From NCBI GenBank assembly GCA_964592365.1, contig CAZQDL010000001.1:146989-210988 (forward strand): 64,000 nucleotides of DNA, written 5' to 3'. This document shows, one piece after another, positions 46,968 through 56,751 of this stretch. The position numbers were made by a program, and so were the translations under genes. The notes under the pieces are model-generated. The model saw only the letters and a program-made list of their open reading frames with translations. It had not been told where the DNA came from and searched no databases. Position 1 is the stretch's first letter; every line of letters starts with the position of its first letter. The stretch comes from an uncultured Candidatus Saccharibacteria bacterium (GTDB taxonomy: Bacteria; Patescibacteriota; Minisyncoccia; Phycocordibacterales; UBA1006).

Positions 46968-48707
46968 ATGAAATATCTATCAATTTTATTTGCTATCATT
47001 ACTCTTGCTGTTACGCAGGTAGCCCATGCAGCAGCTCCTGTTGGTCCTGGTTTTCTTTTCGGACCAATTTCTCCAGTTGAAGATTTAAATGCAGATATCA
47101 TTGGATTTTGTGGTACTGATGCTGCAAATGGTGCAGTTAGTGTTACTACAAATCCAGCTAATGGATTTTCAACTAATTACAATACTCCTGTTGCTCTTGA
47201 TGCACAGGGAAGATTTACTATTATCGATCCGGATTGGGATGCAGGAAGATATGAGGTATATCTTTCATGTACAAACAGTGCTCTTGAAGGACCAACTCAG
47301 TTGGGACCTTTTGGAATCATAGTTGATCAGTATGTAAACAATACTGGTGATGAAATAACTGGAAGCTTGATTCTTAATAAAACTGGAAGTGCAGTAACTA
47401 ACGCCTTAAAAGCGGTACTTCATATAACTCAGGATCCAGCAGTAACAGGAACAACTGTAGCCCAATGGATTGAAAACATCAGAAATACTACAGCATCAGC
47501 AGCAGAAAGTATGTTTGGTTCTGTTGTTCGCTCAAATTACACAGGAGCTAATAACATTTCTCAAATTACTGGTACGAACAGTATTGGTCGCCATAACGGA
47601 ACAGGGTATGTAGGGGCAACTGTTGAAGGTACTAGAATTCAAGCAGAAAATCTTTCAACGGGAGGAGCAAATTTTGTGGTTGGTGCAACTATTAATACTT
47701 TCTCATCAGGAAGTAGTGACGTTAACTATATACGAGGAATTTCATCTCAAACGGCAGCAAAGAATGCAAATGCTAACTATGAATACATTCAAGGAGTTCA
47801 CAATACAGTTGAACTCACAGGTGGAACAATGATTGGTGCTCATGTGAGCTATCTTGATTTGGATTTTAATCCAGCAAACCAAGCAAATGTAAACATTACA
47901 GGGGACCTTGCCTTTATCGCAGCGGGAAATGAAATTCTACCTGATGTCGGAGGAACCGCTTACTTTATCAAATCGGAAGTACAAGCACCTTCTCTTTTTT
48001 CAGGTGATGTTACCGCACCTAATTTTATTGGAGAATGGAATGGTCTTGCTTCAGATGAGGTGGTCCAAATTCAAAAGACCGTAAATCCTGAAGAAGCACC
48101 AAGGGCTCTTGAGTTTAATAATGACATTTTAATTGATAATGCTGGAGGAGGAATACAAATTCTTGATGAAAATGGAACTGATCGATGGAAGCTATCAATA
48201 TCAGATGGAGTGTTGCAGATGCAGAAGGTAACAACGAATCCTAGAAATACCAGCATTAGCGACCTTACTTCAAGTGGACCTTCACAGGTACAAGTACGAT
48301 TTGTATGTAAGGATGAAAGGGCTTCTAATTATGATCGATTTGGAACCCATCTTCCTACCTTATGTGAATACAAAACACCAGTATCTTCAGTTTCAACCGT
48401 ACTTAATGGATCTACATGCGCTGAAAAGCTTACTCAAAATATGAGAAGGGGTGATGTAAACGGAGTGTATAGTAGTTACCAAAAAGGAATTATCACGGAA
48501 GTGTCATTACTCCAAGAACATATTAATAGGATATTAGGAAGTGAATATGCTTTAGCTGCTGGCCCAGTTGATAAGTGGTTTGGTGCACAAACTGAGCTTG
48601 GAGTTAAAAGATTACAGGCGAAACTTAATGAGATAAATGGAACAAATCTTTCAGTTGATGGAGTTGTTGGATTATCAACTAGGCAAGCAATTAATAATAG
48701 TTGCTAA
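46968..48707 (+). CDS. secreted protein with C-terminal peptidoglycan-binding-like domain (ORF track start 46935)
   Basis: Signal peptide MKYLSILFAIITLAVTQVAHAAAP. The C-terminus has W.G..T...V...Q......DG..G..T motifs (PG_binding_1-like). Confidence 0.6.
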   Translation: MKYLSILFAIITLAVTQVAHAAAPVGPGFLFGPISPVEDLNADIIGFCGTDAANGAVSVTTNPANGFSTNYNTPVALDAQGRFTIIDPDWDAGRYEVYLSCTNSALEGPTQLGPFGIIVDQYVNNTGDEITGSLILNKTGSAVTNALKAVLHITQDPAVTGTTVAQWIENIRNTTASAAESMFGSVVRSNYTGANNISQITGTNSIGRHNGTGYVGATVEGTRIQAENLSTGGANFVVGATINTFSSGSSDVNYIRGISSQTAAKNANANYEYIQGVHNTVELTGGTMIGAHVSYLDLDFNPANQANVNITGDLAFIAAGNEILPDVGGTAYFIKSEVQAPSLFSGDVTAPNFIGEWNGLASDEVVQIQKTVNPEEAPRALEFNNDILIDNAGGGIQILDENGTDRWKLSISDGVLQMQKVTTNPRNTSISDLTSSGPSQVQVRFVCKDERASNYDRFGTHLPTLCEYKTPVSSVSTVLNGSTCAEKLTQNMRRGDVNGVYSSYQKGIITEVSLLQEHINRILGSEYALAAGPVDKWFGAQTELGVKRLQAKLNEINGTNLSVDGVVGLSTRQAINNSC

Positions 48708-48708
48708 T

Positions 48709-48738
48709 AAAAAGAACAACGTTGCGTTGTTCTTTTTA
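48709..48738. terminator. bidirectional terminator
   Basis: A-run, AAAGAACAACG-TTG-CGTTGTTCTTT, T-run. Confidence 0.7.
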
Positions 48739-48751
48739 TTATATTGAGACA

Positions 48752-49657
48752 TTAAACTTTTTTAGAAATTGTCAGTTCTGGATATTTTTTAAGCATGTAT
48801 TCATTGTTTAGTTTTCTAGTAAGTTGAATATTTGCAAATTCTTTATGTGAATCATAATTTAGATACTTTGCGTTGCTAATTTGTTCAATATGAATTTCGA
48901 GATTCAGTATAATTTCCTCAATCTCTGCTATTATTTCAATGAGTTCATAGAGTTCATTGGTCTTGAGTATTTCGCTATTAGGTTGTCTACGGTACATTTC
49001 GATAGCTGTATCCCTATTCATTCCTAAATCAAGATGTTCTTGTATAAGATCATGAATACTATTTTCTATAGTTTCTTTATCTTGTTTGATTTTCCTATGC
49101 AAATTTGTGTATTTTGAAAAATATTCTTGATATTTTTTCAAAGCATTCTCTCTTTCTTCTAAAAAATCAATTTTTAATAATTCCTTCTTATTATGAGAGA
49201 GCTCCTCTCTTAACTTATTTAAAGTGTTTTGAATCAGGGAAACTTCCTGAAAAACTTTCCGAAAGCCTTCTTGGTCAAATGGTGCGTCTGAATTCTGTGT
49301 ATCATTAAGACCTTCTTTAAACTGCATGTTAATAAGCGCAATAGTTTCTTGGTTGTTGTGCTCCTCTTTAATATACGGACTATTGGCTACAGTACCGTTT
49401 ACAAGATAATCGACTAATAGTTTTTGGTCTTGAGAAACAAACTCTTGATCATCCTGAGAACATTTATAATGAGCTAATTCCATCACAAAACTAACTTCTT
49501 CTTGACGGATTCTTTCATATTCATCAAAGAGCTCTTGATTCTCTGATTGTATAATCTCTATTCTCTCTTTAATATTTTTAATTTTTTCTACAATTGCATC
49601 TCTTGAATTAAGATTTTTTTCAAAAGCATTATTCTGTGAAATTGAAATTTTTTCCAT
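48752..49657 (-). CDS. hypothetical coiled-coil protein (301 aa)
   Basis: E/K/Q-rich heptad-like sequence throughout. Confidence 0.5.
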   Translation of the reverse strand: MEKISISQNNAFEKNLNSRDAIVEKIKNIKERIEIIQSENQELFDEYERIRQEEVSFVMELAHYKCSQDDQEFVSQDQKLLVDYLVNGTVANSPYIKEEHNNQETIALINMQFKEGLNDTQNSDAPFDQEGFRKVFQEVSLIQNTLNKLREELSHNKKELLKIDFLEERENALKKYQEYFSKYTNLHRKIKQDKETIENSIHDLIQEHLDLGMNRDTAIEMYRRQPNSEILKTNELYELIEIIAEIEEIILNLEIHIEQISNAKYLNYDSHKEFANIQLTRKLNNEYMLKKYPELTISKKV

Positions 49658-49727
49658 AAATTTATTCTAACTTATTTGAAATAAAAAAGTACAAGAGTTA
49701 AGGTAATTAAAAATAATAGAGGGAGTT

Positions 49728-49736
49728 TGATATAAT
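49728..49736 (+). promoter_or_regulatory. extended -10 promoter (TGaTATAAT) 7 nt upstream of the SDR ATG (leaderless)
   Basis: tTGATATAATatttctATG. Confidence 0.4.
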
Positions 49737-49742
49737 ATTTCT

Positions 49743-50447
49743 ATGAAAACCATTTTAATCACGGGGGTAAACCGAGGAATAGGAAATGCGATTGCGCAGG
49801 AGTTTCTGAATAATAATTGGCATGTTATTGGAACTGTCCAAGATGGTAATAAAGAAATAAACTTAGATAGTTTTGAAAATTTTCAAAAGGAAACACTCGA
49901 TGTTTCTGACTTTCAATCAATGGATCGGCTGGTTGAAAAAATATTCAATCAATCAATTGATGTTCTTTTAAATAATGCAGGAGTTATAGATGCTTCTTCA
50001 TTAAACGAGAGTATTTATGACAATGAGCATTCATTAATGAATGTTTATTTGGTTAATACGATTTCTCCATACATTTTTGCAGAAAAATTATCACCTCAAA
50101 TCCTGAGAGGTTCTGATAAATTGGTGGTCTCTGTTTCTAGTCTACTGAGTAAGATTGAGCACATGTTACCTCAACACTGGGTGTATGGTTCCAGTAAAAC
50201 TTCTTTAAATTACGCAATGAAAGCTTTTGCAAGAAATTATCCAAAGATAAAAGTAGCATTAGTTAGACCAGGGTGGGTACGGACTGATATGGGTGGAGAG
50301 AATGCACCTCTAGGGATGAAGGAAGCAGCACAAATTATTTATAATAACATTGAGCATTATAACGAAAGATTACCTGCAAATGCGATGGTTGGTCCAGAAA
50401 ATGATATAACTTTTTTTTTAAAACAAAACCCTATGCAAGTTGCATAG
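49743..50447 (+). CDS. short-chain dehydrogenase/reductase
   Basis: TGVNRGIG Rossmann motif, NNAG, and catalytic YGSSK (YxxxK). Confidence 0.8.
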   Translation: MKTILITGVNRGIGNAIAQEFLNNNWHVIGTVQDGNKEINLDSFENFQKETLDVSDFQSMDRLVEKIFNQSIDVLLNNAGVIDASSLNESIYDNEHSLMNVYLVNTISPYIFAEKLSPQILRGSDKLVVSVSSLLSKIEHMLPQHWVYGSSKTSLNYAMKAFARNYPKIKVALVRPGWVRTDMGGENAPLGMKEAAQIIYNNIEHYNERLPANAMVGPENDITFFLKQNPMQVA

Positions 50448-50456
50448 GTTTTTTTT
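50429..50456 (+). terminator. rho-independent terminator overlapping the SDR stop codon
   Basis: Palindrome CCTATGCAA-G-TTGCATAGG then T8. Confidence 0.6.
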
Positions 50457-50490
50457 ACCCCATAAATTATGGAGTCTTTGTAGAATCGGG

Positions 50491-50711
50491 TTAAGTACCC
50501 ACAGATATAGAAGCCGTAAGGCTCACTGAGGGCTTTTCAGATATCAGAAATGAGGAACGTGGGTAAGACAAGAGTAAAAAAAATAATTTAGAAAATACCA
50601 CACGAAGGCGGTCTTTTTATATATCATGCAAGAAAAAAGCATCGAGTTGTACCGATACTTAATTTTTCTGCGGGCCACTCGTAAGCACCCATAGATGTAG
50701 AACCTGTAAGT
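50491..50711 (+). repeat. pair of imperfect 32-nt direct repeats in a 313-bp convergent intergenic region
   Basis: GTTAAGTACCCACAGATATAGAAGCCGTAAGG (about 50491) versus CGTAAGCACCCATAGATGTAGAACCTGTAAGT (about 50680). GTCTTTGTAG and ACGTGGGT words also recur. Confidence 0.3.
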
Positions 50712-50760
50712 CTTTGTAGGGAATACTCTAGTATATAAATTTAGTCACGTGGGTTTATAT

Positions 50761-51525
50761 CTACTTTTTCGAATAAAAATAGTTATAAGTGACTAAATCA
50801 ATCTTAGTACAATCTACAAGAACTTTTGTTGATAGATCATAGAAACAATTTTCATAAACATTTTCTGGTACGGATAATTCAAAAAAGTTTTTCTGATATA
50901 GATAAATTTGACCCTTTAAGAATGGTCCCGGATAGCACGGCAGTATCCATTTTTCACGACCTTGTACATACTCATTTGGTAATACAATTTGTTTTTTTGT
51001 AATCAAATAAGTTAACAGAAACTCTTCTAAAAAGAAATCGAGTTGCTCCTTTGAAATTTCTCGGTTACAAAAATGAGCATCATCCTGAACAAGTTGTTGG
51101 AAGTATTTGTCTTGGTTATAAATATCTTTTAATTTTTTGAAGGTATCCGTAAAATTTGCTCCTTTATAATTCAAATACAATTGATTCCAAACTTGGAATG
51201 AAAAAGCTTGTTGAATTTGAAACTTTTCCCAATTTTTTGTAACAAGGTTTTGAAATGCATTCTTATGATTTAAAACTATGTTCATGAACTTTTCTTTAAG
51301 CAAACTGGCTTGTTCTGAGGAATTCATGTAAAGGTAATCACCATAAATAATATTTAAACCAACTTTTGGTTCAGAGATTTTTTTAGGAGAAAAGTGCCCA
51401 ATATACTTTAGACACTCTTCTGCTGATTGCCCTGTTTTGGCATGTGTTCGAGAAATAGAAATAGGAAAAACCAAGATTCCATAATCCTTCGGAAATTTAT
51501 TGATATCGTGAAATATGTTCTCCAT
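50761..51525 (-). CDS. hypothetical protein (254 aa)
   Basis: Intact ORF upstream of the minus-strand tRNA-Ser. No motif recognised. Confidence 0.5.
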   Translation of the reverse strand: MENIFHDINKFPKDYGILVFPISISRTHAKTGQSAEECLKYIGHFSPKKISEPKVGLNIIYGDYLYMNSSEQASLLKEKFMNIVLNHKNAFQNLVTKNWEKFQIQQAFSFQVWNQLYLNYKGANFTDTFKKLKDIYNQDKYFQQLVQDDAHFCNREISKEQLDFFLEEFLLTYLITKKQIVLPNEYVQGREKWILPCYPGPFLKGQIYLYQKNFFELSVPENVYENCFYDLSTKVLVDCTKIDLVTYNYFYSKK

Positions 51526-51591
51526 ATTCTAATATTAGCTTAATTACTAGTTTTTAGGTACTCGGATCACCTTGATACTACTGAGTTTTTG

Positions 51592-51678
<87 letters not shown>

Positions 51679-51756
51679 GAGGTCGATAATATCATACCTA
51701 ATAGAAATGTGAAGGTTCTTGTTATTCATTCAATTCATAGATACACTAAATACATG

Positions 51757-52191
51757 AAACATTTAGGTATCGATTACGGTACAAAAAAAATTGGTATAGC
51801 TATTTCTGATAGAGGTGGTTCACTTGCATTTCCAAAAATGATAATTCCATCTAATAAACAATCTATTGAAACGATTATTAACTATATTCAAACTGAAGAG
51901 ATACAGAAGGTGGTCGTTGGATACTCACGAGCATATGACGGAAGTGATAATTTGTTACAAAAAGACATTGATCTTTTTGTAGGTGTGCTATCTAAAAGAA
52001 TACCTGAAACACCCATTGTATTTCAAGATGAACGGGGAAGTAGTATAGCTGCACGTTCGCATCTATATTCTAAAGGAAATATTGCAAATGAACGTTGGAG
52101 TTCAAAGGATAATGAAAAGAAGCGATCAGCTATTGATGCACAAGCTGCAGCTGTTATCTTGCAGAGGTATCTTGATACGTCTATACTCTAA
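51757..52191 (+). CDS. ruvX: Holliday-junction resolvase-like RuvX/YqgF (ORF track start 51709 overlaps the tRNA)
   Basis: MKHLGIDYGTKKIGIAISD N-terminus typical of YqgF. Confidence 0.8.
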   Translation, partial: KHLGIDYGTKKIGIAISDRGGSLAFPKMIIPSNKQSIETIINYIQTEEIQKVVVGYSRAYDGSDNLLQKDIDLFVGVLSKRIPETPIVFQDERGSSIAARSHLYSKGNIANERWSSKDNEKKRSAIDAQAAAVILQRYLDTSIL

Positions 52192-52194
52192 CTC

Positions 52195-52578
52195 ATGAAC
52201 TACGTATCGTATGATGATTTTAAAAAAATGGATATGCGTCTTGGACATATTCGATTTGTTGAACCAATAGAGGGAACTGACAAGTTGCTTCGTTTTGAAA
52301 TTGACTTTGGAGAAAACAAGGATCAAGAAAGTTTACCATTTGGAAAAGAAGAATACGTAAATAGAGATGTGCGTCAGATTGTTTCAGGGGTACGTGAATT
52401 TTTTCCAGAATATGAACAATTAGTTGGAACATATGGACTATATATCTTGAATCTAGAGCCAAGAGAAATACGAGGGGTGATGAGCCACGGTATGTTAATG
52501 GCGGTTGACGGTATTGACGGAAAGCCAGTATTTTTAGGTCCACAATCTGAAGTTGAACCTGGTGCAAAAGTGAGATAA
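52195..52578 (+). CDS. csaA: standalone tRNA-binding protein (CsaA/Trbp111, EMAP-like OB fold)
   Basis: DFKKMDMRLGHI...LRFEIDFG...RQIVSGVREFF...NLEPREIRGVMSHGMLMA pattern. Confidence 0.75.
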   Translation: MNYVSYDDFKKMDMRLGHIRFVEPIEGTDKLLRFEIDFGENKDQESLPFGKEEYVNRDVRQIVSGVREFFPEYEQLVGTYGLYILNLEPREIRGVMSHGMLMAVDGIDGKPVFLGPQSEVEPGAKVR

Positions 52579-53165
52579 TGAGAGATCGGCTCATACAATG
52601 GTTTACAAGAATTACAGACAAGCCATATGTTATTCCTCTTTTGGGATTCATTGCTTTCTTGGAATCAATCATCTTTCCCATACCTATTGATATTTTTACC
52701 TTTACCTTAGCGTCAGCTCATCCTAAGCGATGGTTTCGTTATGCTTTTGTTGCAACTTTTTGGTCGGTTGCAGGAGCCATTGTTGCCTATTACTTAGGTG
52801 CATATCTTTTTGATGAGTTTGGAGCATCTATGATTGCTTTTTACAATTATGAGGAAGAATTTTCTCAGGTTATTAAACTTTTCAATCAAAATACCTTTGT
52901 TGTTATTTTTACTGCAGCTTTTACTCCGATACCATACAAGGTATTTACCATTGCAGGAGGTGCCTTACAGGTAGATCTTTTTTCATTTATCACTGCATCG
53001 GTGTTAGGAAGAGGTTTACGTTTTTTTGCTGAAAGTTGGTTGCCCTATCGATATGGAAAAAAGGCACGAAGTATTCTTTCAAAGCATATGAAAACTATCT
53101 CTTGGACTTTAGTTGCTTTGGTTACTATATACCTGCTTACTCGCTTATTGTTTGATACAATGTAG
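52578..53165 (+). CDS. DedA/YqaA-family membrane protein (putative)
   Basis: Four TM helices with a SNARE_assoc-like layout; low-specificity call. Confidence 0.45.
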   Translation: MRDRLIQWFTRITDKPYVIPLLGFIAFLESIIFPIPIDIFTFTLASAHPKRWFRYAFVATFWSVAGAIVAYYLGAYLFDEFGASMIAFYNYEEEFSQVIKLFNQNTFVVIFTAAFTPIPYKVFTIAGGALQVDLFSFITASVLGRGLRFFAESWLPYRYGKKARSILSKHMKTISWTLVALVTIYLLTRLLFDTM

Positions 53166-53167
53166 TT

Positions 53168-54166
53168 ATGAAAAAAAAGTACCATATCTCAATTTCAATT
53201 TCTGATACCGCGTTTCGATACGTGGTTGTTGATCGTGATCAGAATGGTTTTTTTGTACCTGCTTATGGAGAAACTTTTCTTGAAGAGGGGATTGTAGTAA
53301 AAGGTGAAATTATCAAAGCAAGTGCTCTTTTGGATGTCATTACATCATTCAAGAAAAATCTTCCAGATTCTTCGGTATCCATCTATTCACTAGTATTACC
53401 ACATCAGTATTTCATTCATGATTCTTTCTTAGTTGCAGGAGTATCTAGTCAGAAACAAAAAAATTCTGCTATTCAACAATATCTGGGTGATAACATACAA
53501 CAATATCCATGGGCAGAGAATCATAGCTGTCTATATCAAACAGATGAACATGATATGGTCTATGTTGAAGCTCTTCCTCATGAACGGTATCAGAGTTATA
53601 TAACCCTACTTTCTTCTTGTGGAATTGATAACGTAGAAGTACATAGTGATATATCAGCCGTTTCAGTTATGGTAAAAGATTCTCCTTCTGTCGTTATCAA
53701 AATTGATAACGAAAAGAGTTATGTATTTGAAATTAATAATGGTTTTGTAGAAAGCAAAAAGACCTTTGAACTTTCATATCAAAGTTTGGTTAGTGATGTA
53801 GTTAAATTCTTAGGTGTTGATTTAGATTTTGCACGAAAGGTAGTGCGAAAATATGGAGTCTCAAGAGCCCATCAGGAACCTAAGGTATATCAAAGAATTG
53901 TAAGGTCTGTATCACCTTTACTTGATTATCTTAAAGTGAATAAATCGACAAGAAAGAAGAAAATATATTTGTGGTTTTCACATGAACCACTTGTTGGAAT
54001 GAAGGATGTATTGACCAAACAGATGCATACTGAAATTAATGTTATCTCTCCTGTGCATAACGAAATAGTTTTGTACCATGAGGTGTTAGATATTCATATG
54101 GATGATACCTATCGCTATTCTGCATTGTTGCTTACCGCTTCACTATCAATGAATGGAAAACTGTAA
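53168..54166 (+). CDS. PilM-like actin-fold protein (putative type IV pilus assembly), low confidence
   Basis: The N-terminal pattern and the roughly 330-aa size loosely match PilM. Pilin genes lie 15 kb upstream. Confidence 0.35.
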   Translation: MKKKYHISISISDTAFRYVVVDRDQNGFFVPAYGETFLEEGIVVKGEIIKASALLDVITSFKKNLPDSSVSIYSLVLPHQYFIHDSFLVAGVSSQKQKNSAIQQYLGDNIQQYPWAENHSCLYQTDEHDMVYVEALPHERYQSYITLLSSCGIDNVEVHSDISAVSVMVKDSPSVVIKIDNEKSYVFEINNGFVESKKTFELSYQSLVSDVVKFLGVDLDFARKVVRKYGVSRAHQEPKVYQRIVRSVSPLLDYLKVNKSTRKKKIYLWFSHEPLVGMKDVLTKQMHTEINVISPVHNEIVLYHEVLDIHMDDTYRYSALLLTASLSMNGKL

Positions 54167-54172
54167 TATTCA

Positions 54173-54200
54173 TTGACCACAATTCTCTATATGTTATATT
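54173..54200 (+). promoter_or_regulatory. sigma70-like promoter for the tRNA-Arg/tRNA-Val pair
   Basis: TTGACC, 16 nt, TATATT; lies 26 nt upstream of tRNA-Arg. Confidence 0.45.
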
Positions 54201-54225
54201 TTCATGTGTCCAAGAAAGAGGAACT

Positions 54226-54297
54226 CCCCTTATAGTTCAATGGATAGAACGAGGGACTTCTAATCCCTAAATCTAGGTTCGATTCCTAGTGGGGGGA
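54226..54297 (+). tRNA. tRNA-Arg (anticodon TCT)
   Basis: Acceptor CCCCTTA/TGGGGGG (two G-U pairs), D-arm GTTC-AATGGATA-GAAC, anticodon arm AGGGA-CTTCTAA-TCCCT, T-arm CTAGG-TTCGATT-CCTAG. Confidence 0.8.
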
Positions 54298-54313
54298 CAA
54301 TGAAAATATACAG

Positions 54314-54386
54314 GGGCGATTAGCTCAGTTGGTAGAGCAGTTCGTTTACACCGAAAAGGTCAGGGGTTCGAGTCCCTTATCGCCCA
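54314..54386 (+). tRNA. tRNA-Val (anticodon TAC); the last 10 nt are overlapped by the stop-proximal end of the serine recombinase gene
   Basis: GGGCGAT-TA-GCTC-AGTTGGTA-GAGC-A-GTTCG-TTTACAC-CGAAA...AGGGG-TTCGAGT-CCCTT-ATCGCCC-A. Confidence 0.85.
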
Positions 54387-56194
54387 CGAGAAGTGTTACT
54401 CACACTAGAACTAACATCTGTTGATTCAGATGTTTTTTCTATAGTTGGGTTAATTAGATGCTCTTGGCTAGAGATTTCTGCAAGAATATCTTGAGGAAGC
54501 TTAAGTCGCATAGATAATCTAAAAGGCACTTCTTGACCATCTTTTTTTGGTCCAGCAATAATATCAGTATTCTTTTTATCTCTTGAATAAATGACAATTT
54601 CATCAACAAGCATATGAATAACCTCCTCTACTAATTCCTTGTTTCCAGATACTTTCTTTAAAACGTTTTGATATTTCTCACTAAAAAGTTCAAGAGTTTT
54701 CAGGTATCCATCAGATATATTATTCTGTGCAATTTTTTCATATATATCTCTTAGCTCGTTTCGGTAAAGAAGTTCTGAATTATTTATTTCTTGAGTTCTT
54801 TCTTTGAGTTCTTTGGGTGATATCAATCCATGTTCATGTTGAATTGATAGTTGTCTTTTACGATTTGGAATCCCAGAGATAAGCCCATTTATTTTTTCCT
54901 GTTGATTATGGAGTTTTTTAATTTCTGTCTTAGAGGAGGAAAGTGTTTGTTGGTGTTTATACACAGCTAAAGGGTTACTAATCAATTTTAAGCAATTTTC
55001 TATAACAAAATCCTCAATTTCCTTTGCTGGAAGAGGTAGCGTCTTGCACTTAGTATTATATTTACTATGACTCTTTCTACTACATACATAGTAATAAGCA
55101 TATTTATTATTTCCTTTCATTAATTTTGGAACACCATTCCAATTATTACGGTGACCATTATTTCCTTTTAAATGAAAACAAGCATCACAGGTTAAAAGCC
55201 CACTTAAATAATATGGTTCTGGACGCTTGCGTGAGCTAATATTAATGGTTTTTGATTTCTCTAGTATTTTCTGTGCTTTTTCAAAAGTTAGTAGATCTAT
55301 AATTATAGGCATGGAATAATCAGATTTTTTCCATTCTTCTTTCGGGAGTTTTTTACCTTTTTTACTTTTAGCATAATAATAAATTCCAGTATAAAGCTCA
55401 TTTTTTAAAATTCTTCTCACGGAAAGATCATTCCAGTGGAAAGGAGAGTTTTGCTTTTTTGATGTACCCTCCCTCTTTTTATTCTTTATAGTAGAGGATT
55501 CAGGTGATAATAATTTATGATCTTGCAAATATTTTGCTATTTTGCCTATTCCGTATTTCTTGTTTACATATAAATCAAAAATAGTTTTAACTCCTTCAGC
55601 TTCTTCTCTAATTATAGATAGCTTCTTATCTTCTCTTTTTTTGTAACCATAGACAGGTGCATTACCCATATAAGTTCCACTATGTGCAGATACCTCTCTA
55701 CCTGCTTGTGTTCTTTGTTTAATGGTTTCAATTTCCAATTCAGCAATAACACCAATTATACTTAGAATAGCTCTACCAAATGGTGTAGTAGTGTCAATGT
55801 TTTCAGTAACTGAAACGAACTTTATTTCACTCTCTTCAAAGAAATCTATAATTTCATGAAGTACTTTTAATTTTCTAGCAAATCTATCTATTCTATACAC
55901 AATCACCACATCAAAGGGTCTATTCTCTGGGTTTGAGAAAGTGATCTCTTCTTTGAGTCGAGCTAGAGCGGGTCTCTCGTCAGGGGGAATAGTTCCACTT
56001 ATTCCATTATCAAAATACACATATTCTTCACCAGCAAATATAAATGGTTCATCTGTATATTTACGGGATTCTATGAGATTCAAAATAGCCTCCTTTTGGA
56101 TCTTTGGACCATACTTTTCAACTTGATCATCAGTAGAAACTCTAAGGTAAATTGCTACTTTTTTTGGTCCTCTCTTTGCTTTTAATGTATTCAT
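54377..56194 (-). CDS. large serine recombinase (resolvase-domain integrase)
   Basis: AIYLRVSTDDQ (catalytic Ser), VIVYRIDRFAR, recombinase domain, Cys zinc-ribbon (CDAC...C...C), C-terminal coiled coil; 605 aa. Confidence 0.85.
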   Translation of the reverse strand: MNTLKAKRGPKKVAIYLRVSTDDQVEKYGPKIQKEAILNLIESRKYTDEPFIFAGEEYVYFDNGISGTIPPDERPALARLKEEITFSNPENRPFDVVIVYRIDRFARKLKVLHEIIDFFEESEIKFVSVTENIDTTTPFGRAILSIIGVIAELEIETIKQRTQAGREVSAHSGTYMGNAPVYGYKKREDKKLSIIREEAEGVKTIFDLYVNKKYGIGKIAKYLQDHKLLSPESSTIKNKKREGTSKKQNSPFHWNDLSVRRILKNELYTGIYYYAKSKKGKKLPKEEWKKSDYSMPIIIDLLTFEKAQKILEKSKTINISSRKRPEPYYLSGLLTCDACFHLKGNNGHRNNWNGVPKLMKGNNKYAYYYVCSRKSHSKYNTKCKTLPLPAKEIEDFVIENCLKLISNPLAVYKHQQTLSSSKTEIKKLHNQQEKINGLISGIPNRKRQLSIQHEHGLISPKELKERTQEINNSELLYRNELRDIYEKIAQNNISDGYLKTLELFSEKYQNVLKKVSGNKELVEEVIHMLVDEIVIYSRDKKNTDIIAGPKKDGQEVPFRLSMRLKLPQDILAEISSQEHLINPTIEKTSESTDVSSSVSNTSRGR

Positions 56195-56276
56195 AGTATT
56201 AAGGGAAGTGTTACATAGAACTATATGTAATTATATTTAGTTTAACAGAAAAAGGTGAAATTTTTAAAGAAATGTA

Positions 56277-56285
56277 TGGTATAAT
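56277..56285 (+). promoter_or_regulatory. extended -10 promoter (TGgTATAAT) 7 nt upstream of ATG 56292 (leaderless)
   Basis: aTGGTATAATactaatATG; divergent from the recombinase gene. Confidence 0.45.
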
Positions 56286-56291
56286 ACTAAT

Positions 56292-56654
56292 ATGGCTAGG
56301 AAAATTACTCAAAAACAGAAAGTATTTGCTGATATCTATATTGAGTCAGGAAATGCAACGCAAGCTGTTAAAAAGGCGTATAAGTCTTCTAGTGACGCTT
56401 CTGCACGCAGTATAGGAAGCCAGAACTTAACAAAACTTAACATTCAAGAGTATTTGAAAAATCAGGCTCAACCAGTACTAATAAATATGGTCCATTTGGC
56501 CCTCAATGCTGACAGGCAATCTGATCAAATAAGAGCTGGGAAAATTATCCTAGACAGAACTATTGAGGAGAGGCTTAACCCAATTTCTCTTAGTTTTGTA
56601 GAGAATCGGAAAGAAAAGGAAACAGCTATTAGAGACTATTTAGAGTCATTATGA
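56292..56654 (+). CDS. phage terminase small subunit-like HTH protein (Terminase_2-like)
   Basis: TQKQKVFADIYIESGNATQAVKKAYKSSSDASARSIGSQNLTKLNIQEYL matches the terminase small-subunit N-terminal pattern (KQ..F..EYL..GNATQAA.KAGYS...A...G..LL....I). Confidence 0.45.
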   Translation: MARKITQKQKVFADIYIESGNATQAVKKAYKSSSDASARSIGSQNLTKLNIQEYLKNQAQPVLINMVHLALNADRQSDQIRAGKIILDRTIEERLNPISLSFVENRKEKETAIRDYLESL

Positions 56655-56751
56655 GAATATTATTTTTTATATTTAAGGTACAATTATACTAATTGAATAT
56701 TATTAACAGGCCCAACCATTGTTAGAATGAGTGGTTCAATATCCAAACAAA

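Noticed and set aside
54377-54400. Direct-repeat att site matching the tRNA-Val 3' end at the right edge of the element
   Set aside because: No second copy of the tRNA-Val 3' segment could be found by eye between 56 and 60.6 kb. Serine recombinases use only a 2-bp crossover, so absence of a long repeat does not argue against integration. The right boundary is therefore left uncertain.
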